Assembly: GCA_030265395.1 (NCBI GenBank)
Contig: JARFYF010000056.1
Coordinates: forward strand, 14,302,012 to 14,366,011
Direction of reading: 5' to 3'
DNA: 64,000 bases
Origin: Rhina ancylostomus
Taxonomy: Eukaryota
Numbering within the stretch: the stretch's first letter is position 1; every line of letters begins with the position of its first letter. The position numbers were made by a program, and so were the translations under genes. Below are positions 28,638 through 42,493 of this stretch, in pieces. Under the pieces are notes generated by a model. That model was not told the DNA's origin. It saw nothing but the letters and a program-made list of their open reading frames with translations, and made no database searches.

Positions 28638-31633
28638 ATGGAGAGTGTGTCAGCCAGGTGTGTGGGGGAGGAGTGTGGGGGAGGGAAGAGGTGGAGGGAA
28701 AGTGCAGGCTGGCAGTTCTGCAGCCACCACAGGAACGAGTGCATATGCTTGTTCTTCAGTACACAGAAGTGCTGCAACTGCCAGACATGCCAAGTTGTGA
28801 TCTTTTATAAAAGTATGCCCGAGAGCTAAATTCAGTTCAGATGAAATGTCTACACCTGNNNNNNNNNNNNNNNNNNNNNNNNNNNNNNNNNNNNNNNNNN
28901 NNNNNNNNNNNNNNNNNNNNNNNNNNNNNNNNNNNNNNNNNNNNNNNNNNNNNNNNNNGTACTAAAACAAATCTAATTTAAAAAAGTGTAAACCATTTAT
29001 CTTACACCAAAATTATCTTCATCCTAAAGTGAATTGCAGAACACTTAGCAAAACTGACATTTGGTAACAGTATCTGGAACAAAATGTGATTATAATATAT
29101 TTCTCTCCCCTTCTAGCAGCTCTAAATTATGCATCAAAACTCAAATCCTAGTATTAAACCATTTTGATGAATTCACAATTTGCAAATTCATTATCAGGTC
29201 AAAATGGCTTAACATTTAGAACACACACCTCACCCTTCTTGTTGCACACCATTCACAATGATACTTGTTAAAGTACAGTTCAGTAATTCAAAGTATAAAC
29301 AATTCAACTTTTGCAATTGTGACAAACTGAAAATTTTAAGATGGATATAACAGTTTATAAACCAATCCTATCTTTGTGGGGGTGGGGTTTAGTGGTCAGA
29401 AGGAAATACAAATACTTGTGGTCTGTAACAAAAGGTAGACTTAACTAATTGCGAAGAATTTACATAGCCCATTATCAATATGAAGATGTTTACTCTTATC
29501 TGCTGCAGAATATTGCATTTTGGATGGCTTTTATCAAATCACCCCTCAATGCAGTAACTAATTTGTAAGAATTCAGCATATTCCCCACAGCTCAGGCCTG
29601 GCTAAATGACATCAGTAAAAAGATCTTGCATTTATATAGTGCCTTTCACAATATGATTACTTCAGCTAATTTGTGAATACCAAGCTCCCATAACAACCTG
29701 AAATGACCACATAATCAACTTTAATAAATGTTGATTAAAAGATGAACATTGGCAGGGATATTGAAGAAAGAATCCGACTTCATCCAAAGAAGCAATGAAG
29801 CAAGCTCAGATGGCAGTAGATACTCTAGCCAAAAGTTAACCCTTCACCAAATCTAACAGAATTTGCCTTTGGAATGGACATAGTTCACTTTTATGCAGTA
29901 ACATTTCTGGAGGGTGAACACATGGGCCAACTTCTGGTGCACTTTATGGGCATTCTTCAAAAGGGTATAGGAAAAACAAAAAATCTTTAAATGAATGCAG
30001 AGAAGTGTAGAGGGTCATCAACATTGTGCATTATAGAAGAGAAATAGGAATCTGAACAAATAGGGCCAAGGCCCAGACTACAGATTGAACCAAGAAGAGA
30101 TCAGGTGATTAAACAAGTACTGGATGTTAACAAGTGGCAATAACAAGCCTGCAGATGGTGGGAACAAAACTGGGACTCTTGAAGATCTGGCAAAGAAAAC
30201 ATCAGAATCACATGGGGTACTGGCACTTGTGTAGTGGCAGAGGTGAGTGCAAGTTTGAAGGATTGCATTTATTTGGAGCTTTGAAGGTTTGAGGAAAATT
30301 AGATTATTGCTGGTTGTAACAGCTTCCAAATCAGAAAGCAGACAAGAATAGCTGCAAGACAGTTTGGTGGCTAGAGATGCAAGACCAAATGGTACAAATA
30401 GTTAGGAAGATTACTGAGTAAAAACAAACATGAGACTCAGCACGGCACACTCATTAGCAACCAGTGTACTACTTGAGCTTCGCTAATCAAATATCTGTGC
30501 CACTATGTAGATCTGCCTACATTAATTCTCACCATCCCACATCCTTTATTTTTCCTCCTCTTGGTGCTGCAGTCATACCACCCACTCCCCAACACTAGTA
30601 TGTAGAACGTTTTTAAAATAGTCGTGTACATTGATATCACATTAGCAAAGATAAGTGCCCATTCCAGCTAAAGGTCACTCCATTTCCATTAGGCCTCAAT
30701 GCAGACATTACATTGTATTACTAACATAAACCACAATCTATAGACTGAAGTCTACACTTGGACAAATGCAAATGGTCATTTGCCATTTAATAATTCAATG
30801 GAACAGTTTAATAAAAACAGGTACATTTAAAAAATTACTTTTTCTAATTCACAGAATCACTCCACTTGTAATGCAGCTGATTTTAATTATAAATAAATTA
30901 CCATTTTCCCCCCAAAAACCCTAAAAAGGAATCTCTTCTTAAAAGGTAGAATACAAATAATGAATATAAGAAATCAACTAAGAACTGGAAAACACAATCA
31001 AGCTATCAGCATCTAAAACTGTACAAAAGTTCTTTTCAGTTAATCCACTCTTCCCATGCTTGCAGGTGCACTCTGGATTAGTAACATTTTCTCTTCCTTC
31101 AGATTTTATTAATAAGTGTTTGTTCTTGCAAATGGATGTTGCAATTAGCTCTTGGCAGCAATTCCCAATAGCACAAGATCTACATTGTGCATTGTTAAGC
31201 TCAAACAGAGGCGAGGACAGATTAGAAAAAGTGCAACTCACTAACATTAAAAGATGCATAAAACTGTCGATCAGAAATAAATTATCTTATTTGGTAGCAT
31301 TCAATCCAAAAGCTTATATATCAACATCCATTGAACATTTTCTATTACATTTCACTTGACAGGAGGGAAACANNNNNNNNNNNNNNNNNNNNNNNNNNNN
31401 NNNNNNNNNNNNNNNNNNNNNNNNNNNNNNNNNNNNNNNNNNNNNNNNNNNNNNNNNNNNNNNNNNNNNNNNCATTTCACTTGACAGGAGGGAAACAGTG
31501 TCATTTTAATATCAAATGTTTTAAATTTATTTTGCAAGTTACTTTGTCTCTAGAATAATGGAATCAGTCTTTTGATTTGCCTAATAATGCCTCACTCAGG
31601 TCTACATTTATCTAAACAATACAAAGTCAAGTA

Positions 31634-31903
31634 CAGGTAGCCCCTATATTACCTGTGGGGGGGGGGGTGAAAGAGAAGAGGGGAGAAAGAGGGGGTTGCG
31701 TTCCCAATAAACTGGCTGGCTGCATGATTTTCCATAACCCAAAGCTGCATCATCTGTATGAGCATTAAGAAACAAGCTGAAAAAATTATTTTTGTTTTCC
31801 CACAAATTCCATGGTCAAATTTCATTTTGTATATCAAATTTTTGGATAGTGATTTGTGAAGTCTGTAAGGGTGAATTTTCGTAACCCAAATGGCGATAAC
31901 CTG
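31634..31903. mobile_element. MITE copy B (pogo/Tigger-like)
   Basis: TA|CAGGT...ACCTG|TA termini with TA duplication; 270 bp; non-coding. Confidence 0.55.
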
Positions 31904-34609
31904 TAATTAATTGTGCAATATGGGAATGAGTGTTAGCAACAATGGAAAGGGTACATTGTTTCAAAGTAGTTATGCAAATTAATCATTCAATGGCAATACA
32001 TGCTTAAAATGACAATTTCTTCTGAAATGACAAAAGGGTGGTGCCAAATCAAGTAGATGAGCAGAAAACTTTGGACAATTGATTCACGATGAGAGACCCA
32101 ATTTCAAATTCCTATAGTTTTGCATAGGCCTTTAGCAGGAGAAAGTTTTCTACATATAATGATTTTGTTTCATGCAGGAGGACATAGGTGGGGTGATCTG
32201 TTCTGGAATGAATGAATGGCACATGGGAACATGAAAGGACTACCTTGTCCCACTTTCCAGAGTATTTGAGAAATTCTTTGAAGAGCAAGGGGCACACCAG
32301 AGTAGCTCAAGGGATGAAACAGAGTCAAGTTCACTGATCAAATTTCAATATGTATAGCATTTGAGGCAGACCATTTCAAAGGAGGTGAAAATCCAAATGT
32401 TACATGGTCAGACAGGCATGAACTGAGAAGTGAACCACACATTCACAGCCTAAATGACCTGGCTCCTTCAATGGCAACCCACATGCTGTCACAGACAAAG
32501 TACAAATAGCAATTACTCAGTCAGCAGATCATGTGGGAAATTGCCTCATTCGCCAGAGAGGATTTTGTTCCCTTGCAAGTGAAGATTTGCAAATCAAACA
32601 GAAAAAAAAATCATTCCAAAGAAGTGCAAGGTAATGCCTTTGGGGGAATGCAGTGAGAAAATGCCCAATAAACAATAGGATACCTTGCAGGAGAATCTTG
32701 CTGGTGGATCCCAAAAGATAGCAAAGCTAATGAATAAGTAATGATGATGAATGGCAAAGTGGCAAATTTCCATTGCTGGCAAAAGCAAAGAATACAAGAG
32801 CAAGGTCATGCTGAAGATAAAACAGTCATTAGGTTAGAACTGGTGTACTGCTCCAGCTCTCACCACCACACCATGAAGGATGTGATAAGCACTGGAGGGG
32901 GACTTTCATCCAAAGAACAACAGGGTCCTTGAACACTCGACCTGGGAGGGTGGTGGCGAGAGAGAAACCCTTTTAACACAAGAGAAATAACAGGATAAGC
33001 ATTCACTATACAGAAAACTACAGGACAACTGACCAAGACCTGGCAAGTAGGATAATTCTTCATTGCTCTTTTGGCTGGCATGGTATGGGTCACTTTAATA
33101 TCATAAATGCCTACAATTCTGAGAAATGAATGACACCCAAATGCTATACAGTGATATCACCCCTCATCCTCCTGCTCCAAGAACCAAAATGCCTACTGGT
33201 ACCATTCATTAGGCTTGCATAAAAATGTTAGGCGCCGTAGATTTGTACCTAGAGCAATGAATGGCTATGCAGGAAGTGCAAGTACATTTAAAACAGAATC
33301 TCTGGAATATTTAGAATTATGGAAATGCAGAAATTAATCCATTTTGTGCAATAAAAGCAGTTTTACCAACCACAGCACTTCAGTTCCTCTAGTTACATCT
33401 GGGATAAAGTTCTGCATTGCACAGGTCTCATTCAATAATTCTCCACACTATATAAAATTGCACTTCAGGCAATGAAAGCAGTTTCCTGTACAACCCAATC
33501 TATTCCAAACCAATCAGGAGACAGGTTAATTGATCTGGTTTGGAATGGGAAATGTTGAAAATTAAGAAGTCAGGCAGATCTTTTCAAATGAAATAGTAGA
33601 AAATTAAATGTCAACCAAATTTCAAAAAAACAGCAAGCCTGATGCTTTCCCCTTTTGATGCAAATCTTTTGACAATCCTTTCAGCCAATATAAATACAGA
33701 AAAGACCTTCACTCTGCTCAGTCTCTTCTTTTAAAGCACTGGTAATCTCACACCCCAAACTACAAACTAATGTCACTAGTGACTCAGTAGTTCCTGATAG
33801 TCTCAGTACAATTTTTTGAAGAAAGGAGAACACTTATAAAGCACAACAGGGGAAGAACTGCTTTTGTCTTCATGTCTAGTGACATCATAAGTACTTTCTG
33901 GAGAAACAGTGATTTTGCTTTACGGGGACCAAAGTATTTCTTCTCCTAGGTCTCTTTATTTTGATAGTGTATCAATTGCTGGTATTCATTTAAATGTTAC
34001 TAAGATATACCCCAGCAACCAAAACATTTCCTTTTCATAAAGGGATGACTACTCCAGCATTCAAACCTGAACACCAAATTTTGGCATCTCATCACTGTAA
34101 AATTAATTTAAAAGCAAAACAACTTCACTAGTTCATGGTTATCAATTTCATTGGATGGATTCATCATCGTAAGTCACAATGATTATGAATTTTAAATTTT
34201 CTCTTTTCCCACAGAGATGTTACAAGCTGGTGCATTGAAAACCCAGGGATATCACAAGTAAAAACTCATCTGTACAAGTTCTCCAAATACAGCATTCTAT
34301 ATTAAAAAAATCATTTATAGATTCCTTACACACAGCAGTAATGAGCACCTTAGTACCATGTAATGAAAGACATCATCTTCCAAGGCTGCAAAGGAATCAT
34401 TTCTTTTCATTACTTTATGAATTTTGCTTTTTAAAAAAGTGGGAGGAGTATTCTTTACTCTAAAACAGAATTATTTGGCACTGCAAGTATTTTTGAACAT
34501 TGGACTTCCCGTACATCCCCTGATGTTGCTGGGTGCAAGGAAAAACCAAACCTGCATATTAGCAAAAGATGTGATAAGAAAACCCTTACTCAAGCTACAA
34601 TTATTACCT

Positions 34610-34615
34610 TTTATT
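34610..34615 (-). terminator. Candidate UBAC1 polyadenylation signal (AATAAA)
   Basis: First minus-strand AATAAA I found after the stop codon (about 635 nt downstream), followed by GT-rich sequence. An alternative lies at 33955-33960. No transcript evidence. Confidence 0.4.
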
Positions 34616-35249
34616 TTCAACACTGTAATCAGTACTGTCTGCAGGACTGCCTCCTTCATGGTGCGCTACTGCTAATTGAGGTTCTTATAGAGGACTGAAC
34701 CTTGATAAGCAAGAGCTTCAAAGCTCTCCACATTAAGGTCATTCCAAGTTTGCTTTGGTGCATTTCTGAAGGAACAGTACTGTTCACCTGTTTCTAAAGT
34801 CATTCTCTCCCTTTCAGGAGGTATAGGGCTCAAAAACCAAGGCAATTCAAACAATAGTAAATATCTATTTAGTGGATCCCAAGCTTTTTACCCTTTGTTC
34901 TTTGGCTGTTCACAAATGTCCAAATGCCAAACGACACATTTGTTGCCCTTTTCCCAAAGTGGGATTACCATCGTCTTTTGTATTTATAAGTGTTCTCTTT
35001 TGAGTCTTGAATTCTGTGCAATTACTAATAACCTTTCCTTTAAAATTAAAAAAAACCTCAGATCAAGGCCTTAAACAGTAGATCCAAAGGCAACAGTAGT
35101 TAAGTGGATGTAGTTGCAAGCTTCTCATATTTTAAGTACAAACAGGCTCCACCAGTGAACAATCCACAATTGCTCTTCTCAGTAAGTGATACACATCTCT
35201 GCAGGCAAGTAGCTGGAAGCACCTGAGTCACAGAAGAGAGGCGGATGCC

Positions 35250-35365
35250 CTACGTACGATTCAGTGTCTGGAAAATTCTAGAAATCTGCAGCATCACTGG
35301 GCCAGTCTCAGGATCATTCATCCACTGAGTGCTGTTCAATGGATTTTCCAGCATATCTTCAAATG
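35250..35365 (-). CDS. UBAC1: UBAC1 coding exon 10 (last coding exon, to TAG stop)
   Basis: gcag|(A)[40 protein letters not shown]; 116 nt; preceded by a long pyrimidine tract. Confidence 0.96.
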
Positions 35366-35764
35366 CTGCCAAAGGGAACAGATTGAGAGGGGAAGGGGAG
35401 GGGATGGAATGGAGTGTGGGAGTCAGAGGAGGAAAAAAGGAAGTGAATTGTAGCACAACACAAGAGGTAACATTCAACTGTAGACAACTGCACGGTGCAA
35501 GATTACTTTTAAAAATCTCAAGATTAAAAACTTAAATTTTACATAATTTATTAAATAATCACTTGTGGTATATTCACATTTTTAAATTAATCACGTATAG
35601 CAACAAAGTATACAGATTTGAGTTACAATAAAGTACATTCCTTTATTACTTAAAAGATGTTACTCAGCATTAAGTGAAAACAATGCTGTAAAAATAAGTA
35701 ACTTCTACTAAGAAAGTTAAAAGACCATGCTAACCCTGGAAAGTGTCTTTTATTGGTTTTATCA

Positions 35765-36570
35765 TTGAATTGCACACCACAGACACAAGTCATTTGGCTC
35801 AACTTGTCCATGCCAGTCAGTGGGCACCATTCTGTACTTCCCCATCACCCAGTCCATAGCCCTCCGTGCGTAAGCAATTGAGGTGTTCATCAAGACATTT
35901 GAATGCTTAACCACACTCTCAGGCAGTGCATTAAGGTACTTGCCATTCTCTGGGTAAAGGTGGTCCCTCACACCTCCCCTCTGAATCTCTTTCCCCTTAC
36001 TCTGGAACCATGTCCTTTCATTTTAATCTACTTCTGATACAGGGAAATGTTCCCTGGAGTCTACTCTATAAATCAATTTTATACCTCTCAATCATGTCCC
36101 CTCTTAACTTCCTCCACTCCAGGGAGAAAAGACCCAGCTTCTGAAGTCTCTCCTCATAACTGTACTGCTGCATCCCAGTCAACATCTTAGTTAACCTTCT
36201 CTGCATCCTCTCCAGCACCATCACATCCTTATTATACTTCGGCGACCAGAACTGCATGCAGTACTGCATTTGAGGGCTGATAATGTCCCGACTTCTGTAT
36301 TCAGTGCCCTGACTAATGAAGGCCAGTATGCCTTCCTAACTGGATTGTCTACCTGCACTGCCACCTTCAAGGGTTTAAGGGCTCGTACTCAAAGTCCCTG
36401 GTCCTCAATACTCCGAGACCCTAACATTCATGGTGTATGGCCTAACCTCATCAGTGCTCCCAAAACTTATAACCTCTCATTTGTCTGTATTAAGCTCCAT
36501 ATGCCATCTTTCAGCCCACTTCACCAAATTAACGATACATCTCTGCAGCCTAAGACCATCTTCCACACCA
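35765..36570 (-). mobile_element. CR1 LINE 3' fragment in UBAC1 intron 9
   Basis: QYCMQFWSPKYNKDVMVLERMQRRLTKML...YEERLQKLGLFSLEWRKLRGDMIE is the CR1 RT C-terminus; followed by 3' UTR. Confidence 0.85.
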
Positions 36571-37919
36571 ATAACTCTGCCAATCCTGCTAGAAAGCCAA
36601 GGTTCTTTACAAACTCAAGATGTTAAAGTGCAAGCAAGGCATGATTTACTCAGACCAATCCCCTCAGGATCTGTGCATTGCCAGAATCTATTCAAAGATG
36701 AATCAAATGCCATGAGAATTACAGGCAAAGTATATTGCAAAAAGTCTGTGAAGATTTTTTGTTAATTAGTAATACTGAAGGACAGTATGGTCAAAATCAT
36801 TTTTCCTACTGACAGGAACAGTTTAAGAAATTGATTTCACTTTCCTTTGAAGCCCAGATTGAATAAACAATGTTTGCTGATGGACCTCGCCATCCCTTGA
36901 TTGGGCAACTATATAGGTGTCTTGGAGTGACCATGCAGGAGAAAGGGGGAGATTTGCCTTTCCCCCAGATGTGTGCTTATGAAATAGCAGTGTTGATCAA
37001 ACTAGGAAAGTCCACAGGCCTAATGCTCCTACTGTCTGGATTGAAAGGCAGTGTAAAAACAAATGATGAAAAGGGATATACATCTCAAATATTGTGATCC
37101 TATAGCATACTTTTCTTATCTACCCAAGAAAAGCAAAAACAAGTTAGGCTGCTCCAAAAGAATCAGTCAATAACAGCTGCCATGGGCAATTGGCAGTTCT
37201 ATCACAGCCATTGTTCTATTGCAAAAGAACAGAAGTCCACAGGGAAAGTTATTTTTGTACTGTGTAATTGTTTATGCAGCTTTCCACTGAAGTTTTCTTT
37301 CTTGCTTATAAAGATCACCACTGTTTGCAGAAAGGAAACCACACCATTACAGTGGCAGTCATATAGTCACAGATTGCTCACTGAACATCCATGGATAGCA
37401 GCAACACTGATAATAAGTAGAATGTTCAGTCTACAGGATTTGGGGGGCATTTAAACTTTCTGAAGTGTACAGAGAAGATCTATGTCAATGCTATGCTTTG
37501 CTACAAAGCAACGCATCAATACTATAGTAACAAATTGAAAACAGCACTCACTAAACAGTTGATGAATCCCTGAGTCACTGAGTTCCAATCTGAGTCACTG
37601 AGCTCAGTGAATGAAAAATATAGTTGTCAACCACCAATTAACACAAACCATTCAATTATTTTCAATACTGTTAACATGTAGCCATGCAACTGTTAAATGG
37701 TTAAGAAAGGGAAGCCTACTGATAGGAGATAATCCTTTAACTGTACAGTTCAATGATCTTTGCAAGGCTAATGCTCTAGATTACCAGGGGGAGAAACAGC
37801 CAGGCAAAATCTCTGCTGCAAATCACTACTCAACCTTCTGTGTGAACACACATGCACAAGACAGGACAGCTCAACATTCATCACATCTTGCGTTTGAAAG
37901 AGACCAAATTAGTTAAATC

Positions 37920-38750
37920 TTGCCAAGCAGATGACCTTTGGCACAAAGAATCAGTAGGAAAGCAAGTTGTGAAGATGACACAAGGAGGGTTCAAATGATA
38001 TACATAGGTTAAATGACTGGCCAAAGATCGGAGAAACAATAATATAGAGAAGTGTAAAATTGTCCATTTTGGCAGGAAAATTGGTGAAAGATTAGAGTTC
38101 CAAGTTGCAGGCAGGTACCCTAATACATTATTTGCAAAAGACTAGTATGCAGATACAGCAAACAGAATGTTTTTTATTTCAAGAGAAATTAAATATTAAA
38201 GTAGGAAGATTATGCAGGGCATTGGTGAGTACTGTGTATTGGTTTCCTTACTTAAGGCAGGATGTAAATACATTGGAAGCAGTTCACAGAATGTTTACCC
38301 AGACTGATACCTGAAATGGATGGATTAATATATAGGGAAAGATTGGTCAGGTTAGGCTTGTATCCTCTGGAGGTCAGAAAAACAAGAGGTGTCTTGAATA
38401 AAAAACATACAAAATCATGAGGGCTCTTAGCAGATTGAACATGGAAAAGATATTCCCTTTTGTGGAGTAATCTAGAACTAGAGATCATTGTTTAAAAGTA
38501 AGGGATTGCCCATTTCAAGCAGATGAGGTATATTTTCCCCTCTGTTAGTGGATCTTGAATTTTTGAAACTTCTTCTCAAAAGGCATCAAAATAAGTCGAT
38601 TTATAAGTCTGGAGTAGAAAGATTCTAATGAGCAAGGGAGTGAAAGGTTACCTAGGATGTGTGGGAATGTATTGAATTCCCAGTCAGATCATCTGTGATC
38701 TTTATGAACGGTGGAGCAGATTGGAGGGCCAAATGGCCTGCTCCTAAATC
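37920..38750 (+). mobile_element. CR1 LINE 3' fragment in UBAC1 intron 9 (opposite orientation)
   Basis: YWFPYLRQDVNTLEAVHRMFT remnant and a gagggccaaatggcctgctcct tail. Confidence 0.8.
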
Positions 38751-38950
38751 CAAACTTAGAATCCAAAGCCACTGTGGAAATAAACACTTGGGTGTAACTA
38801 GCATCCTCAGGAGAAAATAGCAGGGACAAATAGAGAGGGAAAAAAAAAACTGTCTGGAAAAGATTCAAGGAATCAAAGCAGCAGTTTGAAATTCTAAATG
38901 TAATTCACACATCTTCATGAGACCAAAGCTTTAAGAAAACAAAAACTTAC

Positions 38951-39089
38951 CAAGCAGCGTTTTAGGATTAATCAGTCCCAGCTGTACCACAGGGTTGTCC
39001 AAAATAGCTTGAAATAATGGACTTTCCACATCAATGCCTTTATCCAATTCCTCAGGGGAAGGCTTTCGATCACCCAGCAACCATTCACA
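38951..39089 (-). CDS. UBAC1: UBAC1 coding exon 9 (end of UBA2, start of STI1)
   Basis: ttcag|[46 protein letters not shown]+G|gtaagt; 139 nt. Confidence 0.96.
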
Positions 39090-41438
39090 CTGAATGTTAA
39101 AAATTGCCCATTATTGATCAGTTTAAAAAAAATACAAGTTTATCCTTTGCAGATCAATTGGTACTGTAACAATACAATGACAGATTCAGAATAATGTTTC
39201 AATTATAAGACTTTACTTTCACATTACACCTTTAATATTATAAAATGAGCCAAATTACTTAAAAAAGTCATACAAACTCTTACACTGAGCAAAGAATTCA
39301 GGGTAGATAACAAAAATCTTGCTCAAAAGAGTGTTCTAAGGAGCATCTTTAAAGTAGAAAATAATTTAAAGCAGGAAATTTTACACATTGGTCCTTACAG
39401 GGTGAAGGCATGTCTGACCATCATTGGGCAATTAAAACTGGAGAAGCGTACAAGAATTGTTGGGCTGGAGGTTGTAGATATCAAAGGGTGAAGCAGTGGA
39501 GGTGGTTGTAAACAAGGATGTGAATTTGAAACCAAGGCATTATTTAACTGGGAGCCAACAAGGCGACTAAGTTCCAGGATGATGGGTTAAAAAGTACTGG
39601 TGAGAACTGGGACATGGGTAGTAAAGTGCTCATTTACTGGGTGTCAGCAGCATCAAAAGGTTCAGATGAATATAGACTCTCCCAAATGGGCAGCTGTAGT
39701 CAAATCATAGTTCAGACATGTTTTAATTTGAAGTAGTTTTATTTATAGCATCTTTTTAGAAAGGGCTGATGAGTCTACTGTGGGACTCAGAATCTGCCAC
39801 AGGTGGGCAGAAGGTGCTTTACAGTCCAAGGAGTGTAGTTTGGGAAGTGATGCTCTTACTTTTTGGATTGGGCCTTCTGGCCTCTTCATCTGGGCACAGA
39901 GTCTCAATGCCATCCCAAATGCTCTATTTTAAGTGGTTACAGGCCAAGGATTCTCAGGAATCAGTGAGGTGGTTATACTTTGAAAATATACTCAAATTCT
40001 TTTCTCCATTCATCTGGTAATATTTTGCCATAACAAATTAAAATAGAGAGCATTTTATAGATTTATGGTGGCAAGCACCTTTCAATGACTTCGAGTCAGA
40101 CAGCACAGAGACCTCTTTGTAACTATTATAGATGGTTTTATCCTCATTCTTGAAGATGATCACAATTATGGTGCCACACAGGTTCCCTGGCCATTCTCCT
40201 CTTTCCAGCCATGGGGAGTTGCAGTTGTGGATTCGTGAAGGAAATTCTGCTCAACATTAAATAGTTCCAGCAGATTGGCAAGAGTGCTCCGCCTTGCAAA
40301 TTCCTACTCCCAGCAATCCTCTTCATACATCAAGTCAAACTGGGAAGTTCAGTGAGCAAGTAAAACTATTATACTGTTAGTGATTGAGTAAATCACATGA
40401 ATTACCACAAATTCCACAGCTCAGCTAACCCTTCTTAAAATACTATGGTGATAAACTCAATTAAAACATGCAAAGCACTATTTTAGGCCCAGGGTGGGGA
40501 GAGAGGGTGTGAACTAGCAGAGGGAGAGGTGCTTGAGAGGAAAAAAACAAAACATCCTAGCGTAAATAACAGCCCAAAAACAAATCTGCACAAATATTTC
40601 CTTTAGGAGCCTTAAAAAATGTAATTTTTAGTTGGCTGAATAATTTAAAATTTGCCTACCCAAAATTTCCTCATTACCAACATTTCCTGGGATACAGTTC
40701 CACCAGCAGCTGTCCTTTGTTATATTTTGGTTTGCAGGGCTTTACTAGATTGACCACTATTGCTACCCATTACATCAAAGAGTCAGTTTTAAATTTTCTT
40801 CTAAGACAGCAAAGCAACTTTCATAGCCAAGTGGTGGCCAACTAAATTTTATTCTATTTGTGATATTGCTAAGAAATTCAAAAGGGAACAGCCATAAATA
40901 ACACTTTATACACAAGCCCAGAATAGAGAAAAAAAAAGTACCATGGCAAATGAATGCACTACCTCTTTAGAGAGATGCAATATTATGCTCCATGCTGACT
41001 CACAAAAACAACCATAATCACCTTTTCTTAAATTATCAGTGACTCATTTTGCACAAACATCCTACCTTCCCCACCCCCTTAAGCTAAGCAATCTGTTCAT
41101 GGTTTAGATAACCTCAATTAAGAAATTAAGAACCCAGTGAATAAAACAAACTCAAATGCAATTAGATGCAAGTATTTAGACTCAGTTGTACAGCTCAGAA
41201 ACAGGCCCTTCAGCCCACCATATTCATGCTGACCTTTTTGTGCATCTGCACTAATCCCATTTACCTGCATTAGGACTGTATCCTTCCATACCTTGCCTAG
41301 TCAAGTGGCTGTCTAAGTGCCTCAAATGTAGGAGGTGTATCCGATTCCACTACCTCCTCTGGCAGCACATTCCAAATATCAACCACTGTATGAGACAATA
41401 TTTTGTTTCATTCAATAAACTGCCCTTTTGGTACTTAC

Positions 41439-41525
41439 AGCAGCATCTTGTTGGTTGTTGTTGACTCTCAATGCATCTGTTACCTCTTTTTCATCAAATC
41501 CCATTTCCATTAGAGCAATCATTGC
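41439..41525 (-). CDS. UBAC1: UBAC1 coding exon 8 (UBA2)
   Basis: atag|[29 protein letters not shown]|gtaagt; 87 nt; second MGF motif. Confidence 0.96.
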
Positions 41526-42279
41526 CTATCAAAGGAAATACAAATTGATTGACAACTGTTTGAACACTTATATTTCACATACTTTGACACTACATACTTA
41601 GTGGTAGTTCTCAAAAATAGCATGTTACTTGTATAATCTTTCATGGCCTGAGGATTAATATTTAGTGCCCCTTAGCAGCATTCAGAAAAGAGATCTTAAG
41701 AACAAAAGTTGTGACATATAACAAATGATAATTATGCTCCATATGAAAAACATTTCACTACACATGGCCAGAATAATTGCCTTCCAATTCCACTTGGTGA
41801 CGTGATTCAATTTTATTTTTGATTTTCCCTTTCCATTCCCCATATATACACACAAATGCCTGGAAGCCTGTATAATGAACAGTTATAGTGCAGTGGGCAG
41901 AGGACTGAGGGAAGGGTTAAAGCAGCTGACTCTAAACACTGACAAAATCCTCAGACTGATTTCACATCTTTGGCCAATAACACAGCATTTTGAACAGAAG
42001 ACAACAAAAAACTTCATTTTGCCAGCAAAACAAAAAAATCACAGATAAGAGTTGGAACGCAGAGCATTCAACAACAGCCAGTTTTTCATAGCCTATGCTG
42101 CAATAATTATTTTGCATCCTTAACTCTTCACCTATCCAGGTTTAGGAAAAAATGGCTACTTGTAACAGTTGTGCCACACTAAAACATCAGTGAGCATCCC
42201 AACTAATTTGAAATGTACCTAGTACAAGAAATATTCCCACCTTACAACATCAGCATTGGGGAAAATTCATTCTACTCAC

Positions 42280-42493
42280 TCTGGGTTCTGGTCGAAATTC
42301 CCGTTTCCTCCTAATTCTCTTGAAGATATCAGTCAACTCATCTTGTTTGGAAGTTTCACTAACTGCTTCAGGCTTTGCCTCCTCTGCTGCTGCTCTCCTT
42401 CCTCCAGATGTTCCGGGACCAGGTAGTGGTGCATCAATTGCAGGGTCTTCTGCATGCTCAATTAGCCATTCCATGGCCTGTGTTACAGACATA
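42280..42493 (-). CDS. UBAC1: UBAC1 coding exon 7 (end of UBA1, linker)
   Basis: ccag|(H)[25 protein letters not shown]...[21 protein letters not shown]|gtgagt; 214 nt; lies within track ORF 42250..42519. Confidence 0.96.

Noticed and set aside
3400-35200. A second protein-coding gene (e.g. CAMSAP1) downstream of UBAC1
   Set aside because: I recognised no exon and no CpG island; the short ORFs look random or TE-derived. Small exons cannot be excluded without a homology search.
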